64,000 nt of DNA from Eledone cirrhosa (Eukaryota). The position numbers and the translations under genes were made by a program. Position 1 is the first letter of the stretch; every line of letters starts with the position of its first letter. The notes beneath the pieces are model-generated. The model searched no databases. It was not told the DNA's origin and worked only from the letters and a program-made list of their open reading frames with translations. Where the stretch lies: the NCBI GenBank assembly GCA_964016885.1, contig OZ024762.1, forward strand, positions 4,650,001-4,714,000. Reading direction: 5' to 3'. This document shows positions 56,701 to 64,000 of this stretch, one piece after another.

Positions 56701-57733
56701 ACGTTTACGAGCTACATTATAAAATATAACTGGATGGAAACAAAGGAGATATGTAGCCGATCTCTCAGACTTTAAGCACTGAGAATATAAAGTTAATATA
56801 AAGAATGATGTGTTCATGTGCAGAGATGCTATAAAATAACTTGAAGACCCTTAACCTATTGACTGCCACATATATTTACACAGCTACAGTTGTTGTGCTG
56901 GAGATTGTTCAATAAAATGACTATTTTGATTGACAAATAAACTAATAACCCCATCTAGCTTTGAAGTTATGAACTGTTGGAAAAGAGTTCAAACATGTTA
57001 AAACAAGTTGTCTTGTCTACAACACTGAAGAGGTTAAAAGACAGCAAAAAGAAGTTGCCCTCAGCCACTATGAGGAATTTAACCATATCAGTATCTGGGA
57101 TATATGAGGTTAAATTCCTCATAGAGGCCAGTGGCAAATTCTTTTAAGGGTCTTCACCCTATTTTATAAGCTATTTATAAGCATATCTGTACATGAGCTC
57201 ATTGTTCTTTATAAATTGATGTGTTTAGTAACGGGTCCCAACCCTAAGCAGTTCCCATTTTACAGATGCAAATACATGCAATCATATACAATCACAGACA
57301 TAGACATACAAACATATACACAGGTATATGTACACACAGGCATATGTACAGAATGACACACATATATACACAGGTATAAATACACACAGACAAACAAGCA
57401 TATGTACAGTGACACGCACACACACATATATAACATATATATATACAGAAGCAAACATACATAGAGAAAACTGATTCCCAATCATCGAGACACATATATA
57501 CACAGGCATACATACACACAGACACCCCGCCCCGTCTTACCCATGCTAGCGTGGAAGATAAATCGATGATGATGATGAGACAAACACAGGCATATGTACA
57601 GAGTGACACAAACACAGATACACACACATATATATATATATATATACAGGCATATGTACACAAAGAAAACTGATTCCCAATCATCAAGATCAATAATATG
57701 GCACCTGAAGTATGGGAAGCAGTGACAACTCAC

Positions 57734-57845
57734 TTTGATCCGAAGATCAAGTCTGCATCAGGAGCCCCTTTGGGGTGTTGATAGCGTACACGTCTCTCCC
57801 TGTTAGTGTTCACAGGTGCTGGTCTACTGAGGGCAGCTAACATCT
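57734..57845 (-). CDS. UPF2: UPF2 near-terminal exon (112 nt)
   Basis: Polypyrimidine tract plus CAG acceptor; (E)MLAALSRPAPVNTNRERRVRYQHPKGAPDADLIFGS(K), very close to the vertebrate UPF2 C-terminus RPAPANTNRERRPRYQHPKGAPNADLIF; followed by GTGAGT. Confidence 0.95.
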
Positions 57846-57944
57846 CTGAACAAACAAGAAAATATTCAAAATATAACAACAAAGTTAAGTAAAAGTCTGT
57901 TCCAAAGCCATCAGGCTTATCCCGGTTTTCATTTTCCTTTGCTG

Positions 57945-58730
57945 AGAATACAAGACTCCACTTCTTCCCTGGATAGGGTACCAGTCCATCACAGGGTTAA
58001 AGTCAGTCCCAAGCCTTTCATATTTCATTAGTGTTAAGTGACTGAAAGTACAAGACTCTACTTCTTCCCTGGATAGAGTACCAGTCCATCACAGGGTTAA
58101 AGTCAGTCCCAAGCCTTTCATATTTCATTAGTGTTAAGTGACTGAAAGTACAAGACTCTACTTCTTCCCTGGATAGAGTACCAGTCCATCACAGGGTTAA
58201 AGTCAGTCCCAAGCCTTTCATATTTCATTAGTGTTAAGTGACTGAAAGTACAAGACTCTACTTCTTCCCTGGATAGAGTACCAGTCCATCACAGGATTAA
58301 AGTCAGTCCCAAGCCTTTCATATTTCATTAGTGTTAAGTAACAGAGTACAAGACTCTGCTTATGCCCTGGACAGGGTACCAGTCCACCACAGGGTTAACC
58401 CTTTAGTATTTACATTACCCTATATTTACTATTGTATTTTCATGGTAAAGGCTTTATCTCACATAATTACTTCACAAAATATCGAATCTATGAGATTTTG
58501 ATATTATTTATTTTGAGAACATTACCTTAATAGCAGTAAGAGTGGCCGGTTACAGCCGGTTTGAGTAGAAAGAAGACAGAGGGTTCTGGCCAGATACAGC
58601 TAGTTTAAATGCTAAAGGGTTAAATTCTGTCCCAAGCCTTTAATATTTCATTAGTGTTAAGTGACTGAGAGTACAAGACTGCTACTCCCTGGATAGGGTA
58701 CCAGTCCATCACAGAGTTAAAGTCTGTCCC
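57945..58730. repeat. 100-bp tandem repeat (~5.5 units) interrupted by a MITE
   Basis: AGTCAGTCCCAAGCC at 58001, 58101, 58201 and 58301; resumes at ~58625. Confidence 0.9.
58399..58619. mobile_element. piggyBac-type MITE with TTAA target duplication
   Basis: TTAA|CCCTTTAGTATTTA...TAAATGCTAAAGGG|TTAA; neighbouring tandem units show the empty site GGGTTAAAG; related reverse copy at ~56289-56480. Confidence 0.8.
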
Positions 58731-59403
58731 ATACCACCAGGTTCATCAGACGTGCTGACCTCAGCAGGATTTGAACGACAAGCTTCTGTACAGTTTCAAA
58801 TTCCCCTGCTAAGGCACTGATCATCAATACAAGACTATAGTAGAGACACTTGCCCAAGGTAGCATGCAATAGGACCAAACCTGAAACCAAGTGGCTGCGA
58901 AGTGAATTCCTTAACCACACAGCCATACATATGAGTGCATGTGTAAATTTCTTTTGCTAATGTATATAATCAGCACAGGATGTAGACATTGGCAAAAAAT
59001 AAGGAATATATTCTTAAACAATATCCTTTGTGATATTTGTTCTACTTGGAGACACAGATACTCCCTAGTCAGTCCCTTGGTAATAAGTGTAGTGAAAGAG
59101 TAGCTGGCCAGACAAATATCAAAACAATTTTATATTTTATACACACAGTGAAACCTACAAACAGTTAAATACACATGCACACACAATCAAAGACGCGTGC
59201 AGTTAGACCCATACACACTCTCAGTCAGTTACACTAACACACTCACAATCAAACACACAGACTCACAAACATACTTCCACACACACACACACTCACACAA
59301 ACATACACACACACACTCACACAAACATACACACACACTCACATACACTCACACAAACAGACTCATACTCAGTCATATACACAATGATATCTAAACGCAT
59401 TAC

Positions 59404-59482
59404 CTTGATAATCTTCTTCTTCTTGTCGTTCATGGATACCAAGAACAACCTGTTTCATTTGTTCCTTCTCCGCCCTCTCAGC
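59404..59482 (-). CDS. UPF2: UPF2 internal exon (79 nt)
   Basis: TAG acceptor and GTAATG donor; AERAEKEQMKQVVLGIHERQEEEDYQ + G, compare AEQEERMRMKKLTLDINERQEQEDYQE. Confidence 0.92.
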
Positions 59483-59504
59483 CTAAATAAATAATAATAA
59501 TAAA

Positions 59505-60015
59505 GATTTCTGATTTAGGCAGACCACCAAGAATTTGGGGGGAGAGGAAAGGTGATTAAATCAACCCGTGTATTACTGGTACTTTGTTTTATCGGCCACA
59601 TAAGGATGAAAGGCAAAGCTAACCTCAGCAGGATTTGAACTCAGAATGTAAAGGGACGTAACTATATACCCCAAAGCATGTCTGACACTCTACTGGTACT
59701 GCCAATCCACTGCCCTAATAATAATAATTGTTTCTACTTTTGGCACAAGGCCAACAATTACACCACTGCATTACTGGTACTTTATTTTTTCGACCCCTTA
59801 AGGTAGAGAGGCAAAGTTAACCTCGGCGGGATTTGAACATGGAACACAAAGGGCCGTAACTCTATGCTGCAAAGCATGGCGTCCGACCCCCTACCAATAC
59901 TGCCAGGTGATTTCTAATTATGGCACATGGCCAACAATTTGGTGGAGAGACAAAGTTAATTATATCAACCCCAGTATGTTACTGGTACGTTATTTTATCG
60001 ACCCTGGAAGGATGA
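59505..60015 (-). mobile_element. Three tandem S1-type SINE copies
   Basis: Reverse SINEs at 59505-59715, 59727-59906 and a partial copy at 59910-60015. Confidence 0.8.
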
Positions 60016-60117
60016 ACAACTAAGTATGTTAAAAGCCAAAACAAACACCACAGTGGTATTTTATCTGACACTCTACTGCTTCTAATAATCCTTTATAAAA
60101 CATAACAATAACACCAT

Positions 60118-60705
60118 AGTGACAACATCTGGTATAACTACAGCAACATGTGGTATGACTGTGACAATATCTAGTATGGCAGTGACATGTGGTATGACTG
60201 TGACAATATCTAGTATGGCAGTGACATGTGATATGACTGTGACAATATCTAGTATGACAGTGACAATATCTAGTATAGCAGTAACATCTGGTATGACTGT
60301 GACATCTAGTATGGCAGTGACATCTGGTATGACTGTGACAACATCTGGTATGACAGTGATAACATCTGGTATGACTGTGACAACATCTGGTATGACAATG
60401 ATAACATCTGGTATGACTGACATCTGGTATGACTGATAACATCTGGTATGGCAGTGACATCTGCTATGAGAGTGACATCTGGTATCACATCAAGATATCT
60501 GCTGTTTACACTGTCACATCTGGTGTCTTACAGACAGATCTGGAGTCATCAGACTCATCTGGTGTCATACAGACTCATCTGGTGTCATACTGACACATCT
60601 GGTATCACACAAACACATCTGGTATCATATGGACCATCTAGTGTCACATCTACACATCTGGTGTCACACCTATACATCTTGTGTCAAATCTATACATCTG
60701 GTATC
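60118..60705. repeat. 18-21-bp minisatellite (GACAACATCTGGTATGACTGT and variants)
   Basis: Direct observation. Confidence 0.85.
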
Positions 60706-60748
60706 TAACTTTTAAGAGTTCCCTATAGATATAATATTAAATACTTAC

Positions 60749-60811
60749 CCGTTCTCGTTCTTTAAATTTAGCAGCAAACTCAGTAGAAATTGGAACATTT
60801 AAGTTGGTATA
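60749..60811 (-). CDS. UPF2: UPF2 internal exon (63 nt)
   Basis: CAG acceptor and GTAAGT donor; YTNLNVPISTEFAAKFKERER, compare vertebrate FKILNVPMSSQLAANHW. Confidence 0.88.
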
Positions 60812-60884
60812 CTGTAAAATAAGAATATAAAGACACATAAATAAAATAAATAGAAATTGTGGTAGATATGGTTAACAGTACATT

Positions 60885-61225
60885 TCATTACCATATTTCT
60901 AGTGTCTATGTTTAACCCTTTCATTACCATATGTCCAATGTGTATGTTTAACCCTTTCATTACCATATTTCTAGTGTCTATGTTTAACCCTTTCATTATC
61001 ATATTTCTAGTGTCTATGTTTAACCCTTTCATTACCATATTTCTAGTGTCTATGTTTAACCCTTTCATTACCATATTTCTAGTGTCTATGTTTAACTCTT
61101 TCATTACCATATTTCTAGTGCCTATGTTTAACCCTTTCATTACCATATTTCTAGTGTCTATGTTTAACTCTTTCATTACCATATTTCTAGTGCCTATGTT
61201 TAACCCTTTCATTACCATATTTCTA
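60885..61225. repeat. 36-bp tandem repeat (TTTAACCCTTTCATTACCATATTTCTAGTGTCTATG), ~9.5 units
   Basis: Direct observation; 12-aa periodicity in the ORF track. Confidence 0.93.
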
Positions 61226-61576
61226 ATGAAAGTCACTGTTTATGATTTTGAAATAATTTCTTAAATAATCAAGAATTTGGAGGGATTTAGTAATATAACT
61301 AAATCTTTCTCATTATTAAGTTTGTGTTTGGAATATAACTTAAAGGTTCTTACATGATATTATATTGGAAGTCTTTTTGATAAATATAAACACTCTAAAA
61401 TAAAAATGTTTATATAATAGAGCCAAGAGTGGTTTCGGGTGGGTTTGGGTGAGAAAAACCCCCTGAAACTACCCCTGGCTCTCTATTACAAAACTGTTTG
61501 TGGGTTTATATTTATTTAAAAACCTGCCATCATAATTTATTGTAAGAACCACTCACAACTCCCATCATCATCATCA

Positions 61577-61831
61577 TCATTTTACGTCCACTTTTCCCTG
61601 CTTGCAAGGGTGGGACGGGAACTGATTCTGGCTTGATTTCTACAGCTGGATGCCCTTCCTAACACCAACCTCATTTACAGTGAGTGCTGGGTGCTTTTTT
61701 TCCATGGCACCTCCACGACCACTTTGCAGTGGAATGATAGAGACCCCAGTCCCTATCATCTCATTTCTACAGCTGAGTAAACTAGAGCAATGTGAAATAA
61801 AGTGTCTTGCTCAAGGAAACAACACATCACC
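61577..61831 (-). mobile_element. SINE S2 copy lacking its tRNA head (left member of inverted pair)
   Basis: Reverse complement of 62560-62814 with 4 differences seen. Confidence 0.88.
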
Positions 61832-61949
61832 CTATAACCACAGAAACTTACAAACAAGCATCCTACCCCACCCGGTAACTATAGGAACATAGCGGCAAGC
61901 AGCAATCCCCGACCCACCCTATGTTTACCCATGTCAATTCTCCACCCAC

Positions 61950-62183
61950 CTCCTGTAACTACAGGAACATACCCACAAGAAGCACCCACCACCCCCAGTA
62001 ACCATAGGAACATACCCACAAGCACCCACTCAACCTTCCCCTGTTGCCATAGGAAAGTACCCACGACAAGCACCCTTAGCCCCTGTAACCATAGGAACAT
62101 ACCCACGACAAGCACCCTTACCCCCTGTAACCGTAGGAACATACCCACGACAAGCACCCTTACCCCCTGTAACCATGGGAACA
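61950..62183. repeat. 42-bp tandem repeat (CCTGTAACCATAGGAACATACCCACGACAAGCACCCTTACCC)
   Basis: About 5 units abutting the donor of the 80-nt UPF2 exon. Confidence 0.8.
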
Positions 62184-62191
62184 TGACATAC

Positions 62192-62271
62192 CTGTTGTTT
62201 ATTGCCCTTCTTTGTCATCAGTACAAACTTGATGGTATCGTTATGATCAATGTTATTCTGAGGGAAGGTAA
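62192..62271 (-). CDS. UPF2: UPF2 internal exon (80 nt)
   Basis: CAG acceptor and GTATGT donor; (F)TFPQNNIDHNDTIKFVLMTKKGNKQQ contains the FVMLTRKGNKQQ-like UPF1-binding segment; phase matches both neighbours. Confidence 0.9.
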
Positions 62272-62313
62272 CTGACAACAAATACAAACATCATTAGTTT
62301 CATTTCAGGCACA

Positions 62314-62377
<64 letters not shown>

Positions 62378-62429
62378 ATGTGTGTGTGTATGCATATGTG
62401 AAACAAACAACATTAATTTCATTACAGAC

Positions 62430-62496
<67 letters not shown>

Positions 62497-62498
<2 letters not shown>

Positions 62499-62823
62499 GG
62501 CTTAGTGGTTAGAGCATTGGGCTTGCAATCGAAAGGTTGTGAGTTCAATTCTCAGACCGGGTGATGTGTTGTTTCCTTGAGCAAGACACTTTATTTCACA
62601 TTGCTCCAGTTTACTCAGCTGTAGAAATGAGATGATAGGGACTGGGGTCCCTATCATTCCACTGCAAAGTGGTCGTGGAGGTGCCATGGCAAAAAAGCAC
62701 CCAGCACTCACTGTAAATGAGGTTGGTGTTAGGAAGGGCATCCAGCTGTAGAAATCAAGCCAGAATCAGTTCCCGTCCCACCCTTGCAAGCAGGGAAAAG
62801 CGGACGTAAAATGAAATGATGAT
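62497..62823 (+). mobile_element. Full SINE S2 copy (right member of inverted pair)
   Basis: A-box TGGCTTAGTGGTTAGAG, B-box GAGTTCAATTC, body, tail GGACGTAAAATGAAATGATGAT. Confidence 0.88.
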
Positions 62824-63159
62824 ATATGCATGTGTGAGTGTGAGTATGTGTGTGTGTGTATGTGAGTGTGTGTATATGCATGTGAGAATGTATGTGTTAC
62901 TGTATGTATGTATGTATGTGTATCTGTCTGAGTGAGTGTATGTGAGTGTGTGTATGTATGTGTGTTTGTCTGAGTGTATATATGTGAGAGAGTGTGTGTG
63001 TATATGTATGAGTGTGTGTGTGTATATGTATGTATGTGCATCTGTATGGGTGTGTATATGTGAGAGAGAGTGGGTCTATGTGTGTGTGTGTTATGTGTGT
63101 AAGTATGTGTGTCCGTGAGTGTGTGTATGTATGTGTGAGTGTGTGGGTATATGTGTGAC

Positions 63160-63605
63160 TGTGCGTGTATGTATGTGTGTCTGCCCGAGTATGTATATAT
63201 GAGTGTGTGTGCGTGTATGTATGTGTGTATGCCCGAGTATGTATATATGAGTGTGTGTGCGTGTATGTTTGTGTGTCTGCCCGAGTATGTATATATGAGT
63301 GTGTGTGCGTGTATGTATGTGTGTCTGCCCGAGTATGTATATATGAGTGTGTGTGCGTGTATGTATGTGTGTCTGCCCGAGTATGTATATATGAGTGTGT
63401 GTGCGTGTATGTATGTGTGTCTGCCCGAGTATGTATATATGAGTGTGTGTACGTGTATGTATGTGTGTCTGCCCGAGTATGTATATATGAGTGTGTGTGC
63501 GTGTATGTATGTGTGTCTGCCCGAGTATGTATATATGAGTGTGTGTGCGTGTATGTATGTGTGTCTGCCCGAGTGTGTATATATGAGTGTGTGTGCGTGT
63601 ATGTT
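63160..63605. repeat. 48-bp tandem repeat built from GT/AT microsatellite (CTGCCCGAG core), ~9 units
   Basis: Direct observation; 16-aa periodicity in the ORF track. Confidence 0.9.
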
Positions 63606-63642
63606 TGTATATGTGAATATATATGTAGCATAAAATACTTAC

Positions 63643-63724
63643 ATTGCTTGCGCACCTGTCCCCTCAGGTGCATTGGAACAGCAATGTCCAACTGTGGCAC
63701 CTTCAATGACTCTTGTGATCTGGC
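63643..63724 (-). CDS. UPF2: UPF2 (regulator of nonsense transcripts 2) internal exon
   Basis: CAG acceptor and GTAAGT donor; encodes ARSQESLKVPQLDIAVPMHLRGQVRKQ + 1 nt, resembling vertebrate UPF2 QRSGESVKVHQLDVAIPLHLKSQLRK (recalled). Confidence 0.9.
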
Positions 63725-64000
63725 CTGCAAGTAACAACAATGTCACAAAACATTTACACAAATATGGAGGAACATCATCATCAGCATCATTAGACATCCA
63801 TTTTCCCAGCTAGCATGGGTTGGAAGGGCCATCGCAAACCAAGTCAGTACTTAATTGAGGTCAATGACATCTAAGATGGGCCAGAGTTTGAGATTGGAAC
63901 CTGGTGGAGCTCATCCCTCGCCAGGTCGGAACAGCTGATTTCTTCCCAAGAAACACAGAGAGAGAGGAAGAACCACTGTATTGAACTGGTATTTTATTTA

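Noticed and set aside
56831-57036. Possible second TTAA-flanked MITE
   Set aside because: The terminal inverted match is only ~3-6 bp (CCTATTG vs CCTCTTC); too weak without other copies.
60029-61264. Repeat ORFs (HTRCCH, IPDV, IDTRNMVMKGLN)
   Set aside because: Intronic minisatellites open on both strands, with no splice support in the UPF2 frame.
62897-63642. Extension of the 277-aa ORF beyond the UPF2 exon
   Set aside because: Homology stops at the GTAAGT donor (63642); the rest is the 48-bp repeat.

Overview
AT-rich, microsatellite-saturated animal genomic DNA; the SINE/LINE families and (TA)n/(CA)n/(TACA)n density suggest an octopus or other cephalopod (inference, no search run). Almost all ORFs in the track are microsatellite artefacts. 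Two real genes lie on the minus strand. One is the 3' end of UPF2 (NMD factor): five short exons at 57.7-63.7 kb that splice in frame, plus a probable terminal exon near 51.5 kb. The other is the first coding exon of a PDZ-domain (PDLIM/Zasp-like) gene at 1417-1524. The ~49 kb between them holds transposon relics: hAT, mariner, RTE, R4/Dong-like and CR1-like LINEs, tRNA-SINEs, MITEs, and many Penelope-like fragments carrying hammerhead-ribozyme motifs, often as inverted pairs inside (TA)n. The standout structure is a ~12.2 kb nested fold-back at 21556-33785. It is three head-to-tail modules, each [88-bp array > 581-bp palindromic core < inverted 88-bp array], joined by palindromic TA/TACATG linkers and enclosed by ~500-bp inverted arms that each end in an outward-facing hammerhead motif. 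A near-identical inverted SINE pair also brackets a frame-shifting UPF2 exon.
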